Source of the DNA: Candidatus Zambryskiibacteriota bacterium
GTDB lineage: Bacteria; Patescibacteriota; Minisyncoccia; Phycocordibacterales; Zambryskibacteraceae
Direction: 5' to 3'
DNA: 64,000 nucleotides
NCBI GenBank assembly: GCA_016180955.1
Contig: JACPAD010000001.1
Location: forward strand, 8,527-72,526
The position numbers and the translations under genes are program-made. Shown here one piece after another: positions 1 through 8,339 of this stretch (its first letter is position 1; every line of letters starts with the position of its first letter). Under the pieces are notes generated by a model that was not told the origin of the DNA, did not search any database, and saw only the letters and a list, made by a program, of their open reading frames with translations.

Positions 1-771
1 AATACCTCGAAACCCAAGGAAGCAGTTGACAGCGATACGAAGGCCAGCTTCAACAGCGGTGACCGCATGTACCTTCGTACTGTCTGCCATCACCAACTCT
101 CCGACCTGTGGCATGATGTCAACCGATGGTGGAGGGATCTTCTTGTAGTTGAGCCCGTAGATATCGGTATTCTTACGAGCCATAAACTCTTCGTGGTTGT
201 AGTGATCCGGCCAGAGTTGGAGATGGCCGCCAGCATCGGCTGGTTGAATGTACACCAACGCAGTGACTTGCGTGATGAGCATCTGTGCCCGATGGTTGTC
301 AGGCTCGTCCATCCGGAGAAAATCCTGGTGCGGCCAAGCGCAGGCCCCTTCCTTGAAAAGCTGGGCAAGGCCAAAGGCCATAGGTCTTCCATGGATGTTT
401 TCTCGATTCGCGCCTGCTGGCCACATATCCTCAAGGATCAGCCTAAGATGATCCATGGGATTGAGATATGGCCAGCTAAGCTGTCGGAATTCGACAGCAG
501 ACTGCACCACCTCATCGTAGTATTTCTTCCGCTTTTCAGTATTGGAATGGCCCTCGTAGAAGGCATCCATCACTTTGCCGATTGCTGGAGCGTGGGGATA
601 GTAGGCCAGCTTGGGATGTCTGACCAGACGTCCGCTCATAACCTGACACACTTCAGCTGGGCAGAATTCCGGGACTCGAATTGCGAGTACCTGACCGCGA
701 AACAACGCGATCATGTCCTCCGAGGTAATGGAGCTTGCTTGTCGATGCAACTCCAGACTTTTCGGTTCCAT
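1..771 (-). CDS. 2OG-Fe(II) oxygenase, proline-hydroxylase-like (3' end runs off window; not in ORF track)
   Basis: Manual translation from ATG 771 (SD AAAGGGG) is open for 257 codons: MEPKSLEL...WPHQD...GGHLQLW...PQVGELVMADSTKVHAV...GLRIAV, giving the HxD...H...R motif. Confidence 0.8.
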   Translation of the reverse strand, partial: MEPKSLELHRQASSITSEDMIALFRGQVLAIRVPEFCPAEVCQVMSGRLVRHPKLAYYPHAPAIGKVMDAFYEGHSNTEKRKKYYDEVVQSAVEFRQLSWPYLNPMDHLRLILEDMWPAGANRENIHGRPMAFGLAQLFKEGACAWPHQDFLRMDEPDNHRAQMLITQVTALVYIQPADAGGHLQLWPDHYNHEEFMARKNTDIYGLNYKKIPPPSVDIMPQVGELVMADSTKVHAVTAVEAGLRIAVNCFLGFRGI

Positions 772-950
772 GAGGTAACCCCTTTCGGTTGGTTGTTGAT
801 GTGGAATGCAAAGTACACTCTAGGAAGAATTTTTAGCATGAATTTGACTGAATGTAAATGACATGTTGCTACAACTCGTTTTTTGTGCTATTTTGTCCAT
901 CGGGTAACTGTTCGTTAACAGTGGTAAAATAACCAAGAAAGGAGACGATT

Positions 951-2627
951 ATGCTACAAGCAAAACACATTCAAAAAAGCTACGGCAGTCTGACTGTGCT
1001 TGCTGATGTCTCCTTCTCCTTGGCGAAAGGGCAGAAGGTGGCATTAGTCGGCGACAATGGGACCGGCAAGACAACTGTTCTCAAGATTGTTGCCGGATTA
1101 GTGGAACCTGATGCGGGCGAGATCGAACTCGCCAAGAATACGTGCATCGGATATCTCCCGCAGGACACCAGTCTATCGGGCGATGGAACGATTAGCGCGT
1201 ATCTGAGGCGGATCGCAGGCATTGATGCTCTTGAGCAAAAACTCGAGACCCTCGCTTCTCACCTTGAGGACAAAGCGAAGTCTCGCGAGTATGGGGACGT
1301 ACACGAGCAATACGAACGTCTTGATGGTTACGCCTTTGAGCATCGCATCAAAGTGATGCTTGCGGGTTTTGGTCTTGAAAACGTTGGCATTGACCATCGT
1401 CTGTCCGATTTAAGTAGCGGACAGAAGAGCAAAGTGGCGCTCGCGGGGATTCTCCTCAAAGGTGTCGACCTATTGCTTCTCGATGAGCCGACGAACAATC
1501 TCGACATACCGGCACTCATCTGGCTTGAGGATTTCCTTCGGAAGTCCGATGCCGCTTGCATTGTCATTTCTCACGATCGCCGGTTTCTTGACCGGGTTGT
1601 GAGGAAAATCCTCGAGATTGACCGGCATACACGCGTACTCAACATTTCAGGTGGCACGTACAGTGACTACCTAGCGGTGGTGACGAAACGCATTGCCCGG
1701 CAGAAGGAAAAATATCGACTCCAACAGGAGGAGATTGAACGTCTTTCTGATCAAGCTCGGCAGCAAAGAGCCGCTTCCGCTAGAGGGTCAAGCTGGCGAG
1801 GAAGTGACAACGACAAGTTCTTGAGAGGTTTCAAACGAGATCGTGCGGCAGGGTCTGGAAGAAAGGCGAAGACGATCGAAAAGCGGATAGACCAGATGGA
1901 GAAAGTCGAAAAACCCATCGAGCGCGATCCATTCGAGATTCCGCTCAACGCCGAAGTCGGTCCTGGAACGCTTGATATCCGTCTCGTTGACGTGGTAGCA
2001 GGATATCCGGACGGCTTCACTGTCGGCCCCGTGTCATTTGAGGTGCGGTATGGGAGCAGAGTTGGCATCATGGGACTAAATGGTAGCGGAAAGTCAACTC
2101 TTCTCAAGACTATTACCGGCCAACTGGTGGCGCATGGCGGCACGATCGAGATCGGTTCCGGTGTCAAAATCGGAAACATGATGCAGGAGCATGAAAGCCT
2201 GCCTCGCGATCGCACGCTTCTCAAATTCCTCAAGGAGCGAGCAGGGTTCAGAGAGCAAGATTCGTATGCCAAGCTTGCAAAGTTTGGCTTCGAGGAGAGT
2301 CAGGTGAAACAGCCGATCGGTACTCTAAGTCCCGGCGGTCGTGCTCGACTGCTTCTTGCCTTGTTTTCCGCCCAATCGGTCAACGTGCTAATCCTTGACG
2401 AGCCTACCAACCACCTCGATCTTGAAGCGCTCGAGGCTCTAGAGGAAACAATTCGTACCTATCGAGGAACAATATTGCTCGTGTCTCACGATCGATACTT
2501 CCTTGAGAAAGCACGACTTGATTCCACCTACATCTTGTCGGAAGGGGTTCTCACCAGAATTCCGGATTACAAGACGTATGTGACTCAAGCGGAGGAGCGG
2601 GCATCGCAGCTCTTGAAGTCACTGTAG
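951..2627 (+). CDS. ABC-F family ATPase (ribosome-associated)
   Basis: Two ABC domains (GDNGTGKT, LSSGQ, LLLDEPTN; GLNGSGKS, LSPGG, ILDEPTNHLD), no TM segments; SD AAAGGAG. Confidence 0.93.
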   Translation: MLQAKHIQKSYGSLTVLADVSFSLAKGQKVALVGDNGTGKTTVLKIVAGLVEPDAGEIELAKNTCIGYLPQDTSLSGDGTISAYLRRIAGIDALEQKLETLASHLEDKAKSREYGDVHEQYERLDGYAFEHRIKVMLAGFGLENVGIDHRLSDLSSGQKSKVALAGILLKGVDLLLLDEPTNNLDIPALIWLEDFLRKSDAACIVISHDRRFLDRVVRKILEIDRHTRVLNISGGTYSDYLAVVTKRIARQKEKYRLQQEEIERLSDQARQQRAASARGSSWRGSDNDKFLRGFKRDRAAGSGRKAKTIEKRIDQMEKVEKPIERDPFEIPLNAEVGPGTLDIRLVDVVAGYPDGFTVGPVSFEVRYGSRVGIMGLNGSGKSTLLKTITGQLVAHGGTIEIGSGVKIGNMMQEHESLPRDRTLLKFLKERAGFREQDSYAKLAKFGFEESQVKQPIGTLSPGGRARLLLALFSAQSVNVLILDEPTNHLDLEALEALEETIRTYRGTILLVSHDRYFLEKARLDSTYILSEGVLTRIPDYKTYVTQAEERASQLLKSL

Positions 2628-2632
2628 TTCAC

Positions 2633-2671
2633 GAACCCGGGAGAGCGCAAGCTTTTTCCGGGTTCTTTTTT
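2633..2671 (+). terminator. Intrinsic terminator after ABC-F
   Basis: GAACCCGGGAGAGC-GCAA-GCTTTTTCCGGGTTC then T-run. Confidence 0.8.
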
Positions 2672-2675
2672 CACC

Positions 2676-3314
2676 ATGATCAAATCAGAACGTATCGCCA
2701 AAAAAATATGCCAAGAAGTTAAGGTATGGAAAAAAGACCATGCCAAATTGATCGTGGCTGTTGATGGCTATGCGGGCTCTGGTAAAACCACAGTCGGTAA
2801 TTTTATTGCAAAACACGACAAAGACGTGCTCTCAGTACATCTCGATGACTTCATCAACCACTGGAAAATTCGCAAGCAAAAGATAGAAAAGGCTAAAGAC
2901 AAGCCAAAGATATTTGAATATCATTGGTACCGCTATGACGATCTGGAACGACTCGTTAAAGCATTTTTAAGTGGAAAGAAATCAATTAAGCTAAAGACCT
3001 ATAACTATGATAAAAATGACTTTAATCCTAAACAAACCTTCGACTTATCAAAAAAAGTTCTGGTAATAGATGGAATATTTCTTTTTCATCCAAAACACAC
3101 TCTTACAAAATATATTCATAAGAACATCTATCTCGACGCCGACTTTGCGAAGGCAGATAAAAAACGTATAGCCAAAGAAAAGAAGAAGTTTGGTAAAAAA
3201 TATCTTCCGGATAACCATCCAAATAATTGGGTACGTCATTTCAAGCGGGCGTATAAGAGGTACATAGATCAATATACTCCTAAAAAAGTATCTGACTTGG
3301 TATTTAAGATCTAA
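2676..3314 (+). CDS. Uridine kinase/phosphoribulokinase-like P-loop kinase
   Basis: IVAVDGYAGSGKTT, VHLDDF, LVIDGIFL; AT-rich relative to neighbours. Confidence 0.8.
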   Translation: MIKSERIAKKICQEVKVWKKDHAKLIVAVDGYAGSGKTTVGNFIAKHDKDVLSVHLDDFINHWKIRKQKIEKAKDKPKIFEYHWYRYDDLERLVKAFLSGKKSIKLKTYNYDKNDFNPKQTFDLSKKVLVIDGIFLFHPKHTLTKYIHKNIYLDADFAKADKKRIAKEKKKFGKKYLPDNHPNNWVRHFKRAYKRYIDQYTPKKVSDLVFKI

Positions 3315-3468
3315 ATTAATATTCCGCAAAAAGTGCCACTTTTGTCACTTTTTGGTAGACTCATCAATATGGCTTATGGAAACTCAACCTATCACAAATA
3401 AATATATAGGTCACTCTGGTGTGGAGTATATCTTCGAGTACTTTGACACTAAATTCGCATCTCCTATC

Positions 3469-3496
3469 ATTCTCTAATTCTCACGAATTAGAGAAT
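3469..3496. promoter_or_regulatory. Palindrome upstream of ArsR gene (putative operator)
   Basis: ATTCTCTAATTC-TCAC-GAATTAGAGAAT, perfect 12-bp arms. Confidence 0.65.
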
Positions 3497-3512
3497 GTGA
3501 TAGAATAATTTT

Positions 3513-3779
3513 ATGAAAGAAAAGGAACTGGAGCGGATACTGAAAGCATTAGCAAATAAAAGAAGATTGGCGATAATTTCCTTCCTGCGAAAAAAGAAGG
3601 AAGCAAATGTAGGCGACATTGCTGAAGTTATTCGCTTGTCAATTAAGTCCACGTCGCGTCATTTGACCATTTTGTTCGGCGCAGATCTTCTTGACAGAGA
3701 ACAGAGAAATACGGAAGTATTCTATAGTTTAACGTCCTCTTTACCAGAATTGTTTTTACCATTGATAAAAAGTCTATAA
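3513..3779 (+). CDS. ArsR/SmtB family transcriptional regulator
   Basis: LKALANKRRLAII...VGDIAE...SRHL...EVFYSL. Confidence 0.88.
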   Translation: MKEKELERILKALANKRRLAIISFLRKKKEANVGDIAEVIRLSIKSTSRHLTILFGADLLDREQRNTEVFYSLTSSLPELFLPLIKSL

Positions 3780-3795
3780 TAAATAACAATCTTAC

Positions 3796-3821
3796 TCTCT
3801 AATTCTCACGAATAAGAGAAT
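3796..3821. repeat. Second copy of ArsR-flanking palindrome
   Basis: TCTCTAATTCTCACGAATAAGAGAAT, 25/26 identical to 3471-3496. Confidence 0.8.
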
Positions 3822-3883
3822 ATATGATGGGTGTAGAACGGGGTGTTTAAATTTAGCGGTTTTATTGATATTATAATTGTCAT

Positions 3884-4840
3884 ATGTCAGCGAAGAAGGT
3901 ACTTCTTTCAGGAGTTAAGCCCACTGGTCGGCCGCATGTCGGCAACTATTTTGGCGCCATGAAGCAGTTCGTCGAGCTGCAAGACTCTTATGAGTCAAGG
4001 ATTTTTGTCGCTAATCTGCACGCTCTGACCACATGCCAAGATAAGGTCGAATTGGAAAGGAATACCCAAGACGTCGTGCTTGATTATCTAGGTATCGGTC
4101 TAGACCCTATGAAAACCACTATTTACTATCAGTCCGATGTGCCGCATGTGACCGAACTGGCTTGGATCTTCGAGTGTATTACTACCATGCCGTATCTTAT
4201 GCGGGCCCACGCTTTCAAAGATGCGGAGGCGAAAAATAAAGAAATAAACATAGGAGTTTTTAATTATCCTCTGCTTATGGCTGCAGACATTTTGGTACAA
4301 GATGCAGATGTTGTACCGGTGGGTAGAGACCAGCAGCAACATATAGAAATTACCCGTGATATCGCTCTAAAGTTCAACAGAATGTACGGTGAGACTTTCA
4401 AAATTCCCGAACCCCTCATCTTGGAAAATGTGGCTACCGTGCTCGGTACGGATGGCCAGAAAATGAGCAAAAGTTATAACAACACCATTCCGCTTTTTGC
4501 CAGTGATGATGAGATTGAAAGTGCTGTCATGGGTATTGTGACCGATTCAGGCCAAGACATACCCAAGAATGTTTACGAGATACATAAATTATTGAAACCA
4601 GAAAGAGAATTGCAAAAATTATATGCGGAGAAAAAGGGTCAATACGCAGAGTTGAAAAAAGAGTTAATCAAAGATCTAAAAAATTTCATCGGTCCTATGC
4701 GAGCGAGACGTGTTGAATGGGAAAGTAAACCAGAAGAAGTGGAAAAAATTATGAGTGAGGGTGGTAAGAAGATGAGAAAGGTAGTGCACGAGAAAATGAT
4801 TGAAGTCAGAGCCAAAGTCGGCTTAATTCACAATGAGTAG
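3884..4840 (+). CDS. trpS: Tryptophan--tRNA ligase
   Basis: SGVKPTGRPHVGNYFG, YPLLMAADIL, VPVGRDQQQHIE, KMSKS. Confidence 0.96.
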   Translation: MSAKKVLLSGVKPTGRPHVGNYFGAMKQFVELQDSYESRIFVANLHALTTCQDKVELERNTQDVVLDYLGIGLDPMKTTIYYQSDVPHVTELAWIFECITTMPYLMRAHAFKDAEAKNKEINIGVFNYPLLMAADILVQDADVVPVGRDQQQHIEITRDIALKFNRMYGETFKIPEPLILENVATVLGTDGQKMSKSYNNTIPLFASDDEIESAVMGIVTDSGQDIPKNVYEIHKLLKPERELQKLYAEKKGQYAELKKELIKDLKNFIGPMRARRVEWESKPEEVEKIMSEGGKKMRKVVHEKMIEVRAKVGLIHNE

Positions 4841-4860
4841 TTCGATAAACTCACTATAAA
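4838..4860 (+). repeat. TCGAY..CTC hairpin element, intergenic copy
   Basis: TAGT-TCGATAAACTC-ACTA-TAAA, begins on the trpS stop codon. Confidence 0.6.
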
Positions 4861-4864
4861 TAAT

Positions 4865-6106
4865 ATGCTCCAAGGATTTGTCCATGCTTTGAGAATTCAG
4901 TCGAAAATCATTTTTATCGTGGTGCGCAATTTGAAAGGTTTGACGCAGGTTGTGGTGGCAGCTGATAACTTGGAGTTTGAGACAGCAAAAAATCTATCCC
5001 TCGAATCGGTTGTCAGAGTAACGGGAGAAATGAAAGAAGAGAAAGCCGCTCCCGGAGGCATTGAGATGCATCCGACTAAAATAGAAGTGCTCTCGAGAGC
5101 CGAACCGGAACTACCGATACCAGTAGTTATCAAGGGTGGGGAAGAGACCGAAGCACCTATACGCTTCGATTACCGCTGGCTGGACCTGCGTAAACCGGAG
5201 AAAACAAAAATCTTTAAAGTTTGGACCGAGTTTGAGAAGGGTTGGAGAAAGTATTGGGATGAGAATAATTATATCCAACTTTATCCACCCGCATTAATGT
5301 CCACGCCATCAGAGAGCGGCGCGGAAGTCTTCGAGGTTAAGTATTTCGATAGGAAGGCATATCTGGCACAATCCCCTCAATTTTACAAGCAAATGGCCAT
5401 GGCGGCAGGTTTCGAAAAAGTTTTCATGGTGTCTCCCGTGTTTCGCGCCGAAGAGTCCTTTACCACTCGCCATGTGACGGAGTTTACCGGCTGGGACTTT
5501 GAAATTTCTTATATTAATGACCACAACGACGTGATGGATGCCGAAGAGGGAATGATTATCGAGGGGTTTAAGGCGCTCAAAGAAGCTCAAATTCCCAACT
5601 TGGAAGCTCAGCTTCCAAGTAGGCCATTTCCAAGAGTTACTATGATTGAAGCAAAAAAAATTCTCGCAGGTCTGGGTATTGCATCTCTCGATGCCGACGA
5701 TCTTTCTCCTGAAGAAGAAAAGGCAATTTCTGATTGGGTGCTCAAAGAAAAAAACCATGAATTTGTATTTATCACCGAATATCATAAATCTAAGAGCGCT
5801 TTCTACCATATGCGAAGTGTCGAAGACCCCGAGCGTAGTCGAAGGGCGGATCTACTCTACCGCGGACTTGAGGTTACAACGCTTGCCCAGCGCGAGCACA
5901 GAGTAGAAATTCTCGAGAAGCAAGCGCAAGAAAAAGGGATGGCTCTTGAGCCGCTCAAAGATTACCTAAACTTCTTCCGCTACGGCTGTCCGCCGCACGG
6001 CGGCGCCGGCATCGGCCCAGCTCGATTTATCATGAAAATCCTCGGCCTCGGGAACGTCCGCGAAGCAACTTATCTCCCAAGAGACGTAAAACGTCTGAAT
6101 CCGTAA
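4865..6106 (+). CDS. aspS: Aspartate--tRNA(Asp/Asn) ligase, non-discriminating archaeal type
   Basis: AYLAQSPQFYKQ, FRAE...RHVTEF, YGCPPHGGAGIG, PRDVKRLNP. Confidence 0.9.
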   Translation: MLQGFVHALRIQSKIIFIVVRNLKGLTQVVVAADNLEFETAKNLSLESVVRVTGEMKEEKAAPGGIEMHPTKIEVLSRAEPELPIPVVIKGGEETEAPIRFDYRWLDLRKPEKTKIFKVWTEFEKGWRKYWDENNYIQLYPPALMSTPSESGAEVFEVKYFDRKAYLAQSPQFYKQMAMAAGFEKVFMVSPVFRAEESFTTRHVTEFTGWDFEISYINDHNDVMDAEEGMIIEGFKALKEAQIPNLEAQLPSRPFPRVTMIEAKKILAGLGIASLDADDLSPEEEKAISDWVLKEKNHEFVFITEYHKSKSAFYHMRSVEDPERSRRADLLYRGLEVTTLAQREHRVEILEKQAQEKGMALEPLKDYLNFFRYGCPPHGGAGIGPARFIMKILGLGNVREATYLPRDVKRLNP

Positions 6107-6846
6107 TGATGAACCACAGTACTTATACTGTAAAGACACAAGTATTTGAAGGTCCGTTGGACCTTCTTCTAGAACTGGTTACGAAAAGGAAGCTCTTCGT
6201 CAATGACGTCTCGCTCGCGCAGGTAACGGATGACTTCATCCGCTATGTTGCTGAAAGAGAGGAGTACTCTCTTTCAGTCCCTCTAGGAGAGAGTGCCGAA
6301 TTCATCTTGGTAGCATCGACTCTGATGCTTATTAAGAGTCGCTCGCTTCTGCCGACTCTTGTACTTACGGAAGAAGAAGAACAGAGTATCCACGAGCTCG
6401 AGGGCCGGCTTGCCATCTACGCTCGGGTAAAAGAGCTTGCCGCTAATCTGCGAGCTCTTTTCGGTAAGAACATTATTTTCGAGAAAGAGCCGAGTAAAAA
6501 TCTGTTTATTGTTTTCTCTCCGGATTCAAAGACTGATAAAGATAATCTTCTCGCCGCGCTAGAGAGAGTAATAGAGTCTCTGCCTAAGAAAGAAGTTTTG
6601 CCGAAAGTGGTGGTAAAAAAAGTAATTAGTCTCGAGGAGATGATAGAGAAGTTAGCAGAAAGAGTTTCGAGAGCGGGTAAAGTCCGCTTCCAGGACTTGA
6701 AACATAAAGACAAAATCTCTGTCATCGTGGGCTTCTTGGCAATGCTTGAGCTGGTTAAGCGCGGAGCAATACGCGTCACGCAGAAGAGTCACTCGGGAGA
6801 AATCGAGATCGAATCGGAATCTATAGGCATTCCTCATTATGCTTGA
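6106..6846 (+). CDS. scpA: Segregation and condensation protein A
   Basis: FEGPLDLLLELV, KSRSLLP, FLAMLELVK. Confidence 0.93.
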   Translation: MMNHSTYTVKTQVFEGPLDLLLELVTKRKLFVNDVSLAQVTDDFIRYVAEREEYSLSVPLGESAEFILVASTLMLIKSRSLLPTLVLTEEEEQSIHELEGRLAIYARVKELAANLRALFGKNIIFEKEPSKNLFIVFSPDSKTDKDNLLAALERVIESLPKKEVLPKVVVKKVISLEEMIEKLAERVSRAGKVRFQDLKHKDKISVIVGFLAMLELVKRGAIRVTQKSHSGEIEIESESIGIPHYA

Positions 6847-7399
6847 GTCAAAGATAGAATCCATATTGTTTTTCCGAAACGAACCAATCTCAATTTCTGA
6901 ATTGGCAAAGATTCTTGGTGGAGATAAGGAAAAAGTAACAGTAGCAATTGAAAATCTCCAGGAATTTTACAAAAATCGCGGTATTGTTATTGTTTCTGAC
7001 GGGGAGTCACTATCTTTTGGCACCCGTCCTTCAAATTCGGAACTGATTGAGAAAATCCAGAAAGAAGAACTTTCCCGCGAACTGGGACGGGCTGGGCTTG
7101 AGACTTTGGCTATCGTTCTTTATCGCGGGCCGGTATCGAGAAGGGAGATAGACCGGATTCGCGGTGTCAATTCTAGTTTTATCCTGCGCACGCTTATGAT
7201 TAGAGGACTTATTGAACGGACCGAAGGTGACCCCTCGACTGCGCTCAGGGCAGGAAGAAGCTATACTTATAAACCAACGTTGAAGCTTCTTCAATATCTG
7301 GGTATTACCCGTCGCGAAGAGTTGCCAGAATACCAAAACGCTTTCAAGAAAATGGAAGAGTTTGTAAAGACCGAGTCGCGGCAAGAAGAAAATGTTTAA
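6839..7399 (+). CDS. scpB: Segregation and condensation protein B
   Basis: IESILF, LETLAIVLYRGPVSRREIDRIRGVNS; follows scpA. Confidence 0.93.
   Translation: MLESKIESILFFRNEPISISELAKILGGDKEKVTVAIENLQEFYKNRGIVIVSDGESLSFGTRPSNSELIEKIQKEELSRELGRAGLETLAIVLYRGPVSRREIDRIRGVNSSFILRTLMIRGLIERTEGDPSTALRAGRSYTYKPTLKLLQYLGITRREELPEYQNAFKKMEEFVKTESRQEENV
7230..7254 (+). repeat. TCGAY..CTC hairpin element in frame in scpB (DPSTALRAG)
   Basis: ACCCCTCGACTGCGCTCAGGGCAGG; 22/25 identical to the reverse complement of 32426-32450. Confidence 0.8.
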
Positions 7400-8336
7400 T
7401 AAATTTTTCATTACCAAAGACTCCGAAATAAAATTCTTCTTTGTCCTCGCGACTGCTTTAGCACTTCTCTTTATCATCTCTTTTACTATTGGCTCGAGAG
7501 TCGAACGCAAAGATAACTCCGTGCCCACTAAGACGGCCTCTGGAGAATTTCCGGTTCTGGATGTCAAAGCCAAAAGCGCTTACATCTACGATGTTCGCAC
7601 TAAGACCGTTCTTTTTGCCTTGAATGAAAACATCCGTCTGCCTTTAGCGTCACTCTCTAAGCTTATGGCGGCGCTCGTGGCTTACGAGCTCTCGCCCGAC
7701 TACGGCACAGTTATGGTGACGCGCGAAGCCATCGCTACCGAGGGCGATAGCGGTTTAAAGGCGGGGGAGAGATGGTCGCTTAAAAATCTTTTAGATTTCT
7801 CTTTGCTAAGTTCATCCAACGACGGCATCAAGGCGGTGGCACTCTCACTCGGAGCACTCTCCCGAGCGGAAGCAGGTCCGGAGGAGATTGTGGATGACTT
7901 CGTCCGTAAGATGAATTACAAAGCAGCAGAGCTTGACCTCAAGAATACTTACTTCTGGAACGAAACCGGCTTGGATGAATCGGAGGTAAAGGGCGGCGCT
8001 TACGGCACCGCTAAAGACCTCACCGCGCTTATGGAATATATCATCTCTTACTATCCGGAGATGCTTGAGGCTACCCGGCAACCGAGTGCCACCTTCAAAT
8101 CCGATAAGTATAATCACGCTATCAAGAATACCAATGCTTTAGCAGACGAAATTCCGAATCTTCTCGGCTCTAAGACCGGATTTACCTCGACAGCCGGAGG
8201 CAATCTGACCTTCGCCTTCGACCCCGAACTCGGCCGGCCGATTATCGTGACCATTCTCGGTTCAACAGAAAAAGGCCGCTTCGAAGATGCTAAAGCGCTC
8301 ATTAATGCTACTATGCAGTACATTAATGAGAATTAA
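7392..8336 (+). CDS. D-alanyl-D-alanine carboxypeptidase (peptidase S11)
   Basis: N-terminal TM; SxxK (ASLSK), SxN (SSN), KTG. Confidence 0.9.
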   Translation: MFNKFFITKDSEIKFFFVLATALALLFIISFTIGSRVERKDNSVPTKTASGEFPVLDVKAKSAYIYDVRTKTVLFALNENIRLPLASLSKLMAALVAYELSPDYGTVMVTREAIATEGDSGLKAGERWSLKNLLDFSLLSSSNDGIKAVALSLGALSRAEAGPEEIVDDFVRKMNYKAAELDLKNTYFWNETGLDESEVKGGAYGTAKDLTALMEYIISYYPEMLEATRQPSATFKSDKYNHAIKNTNALADEIPNLLGSKTGFTSTAGGNLTFAFDPELGRPIIVTILGSTEKGRFEDAKALINATMQYINEN

Positions 8337-8339
8337 CCT

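Noticed and set aside
67..861. 264-aa plus-strand ORF in the track
   Set aside because: Shadow of the minus-strand 2OG-Fe(II) oxygenase, which has an SD and clear motifs
7861..7876. CCCGAGCGGAAGCAGG in the carboxypeptidase, resembling the reverse strand of the hairpin family
   Set aside because: Lacks the GTCGA core and complementary arms
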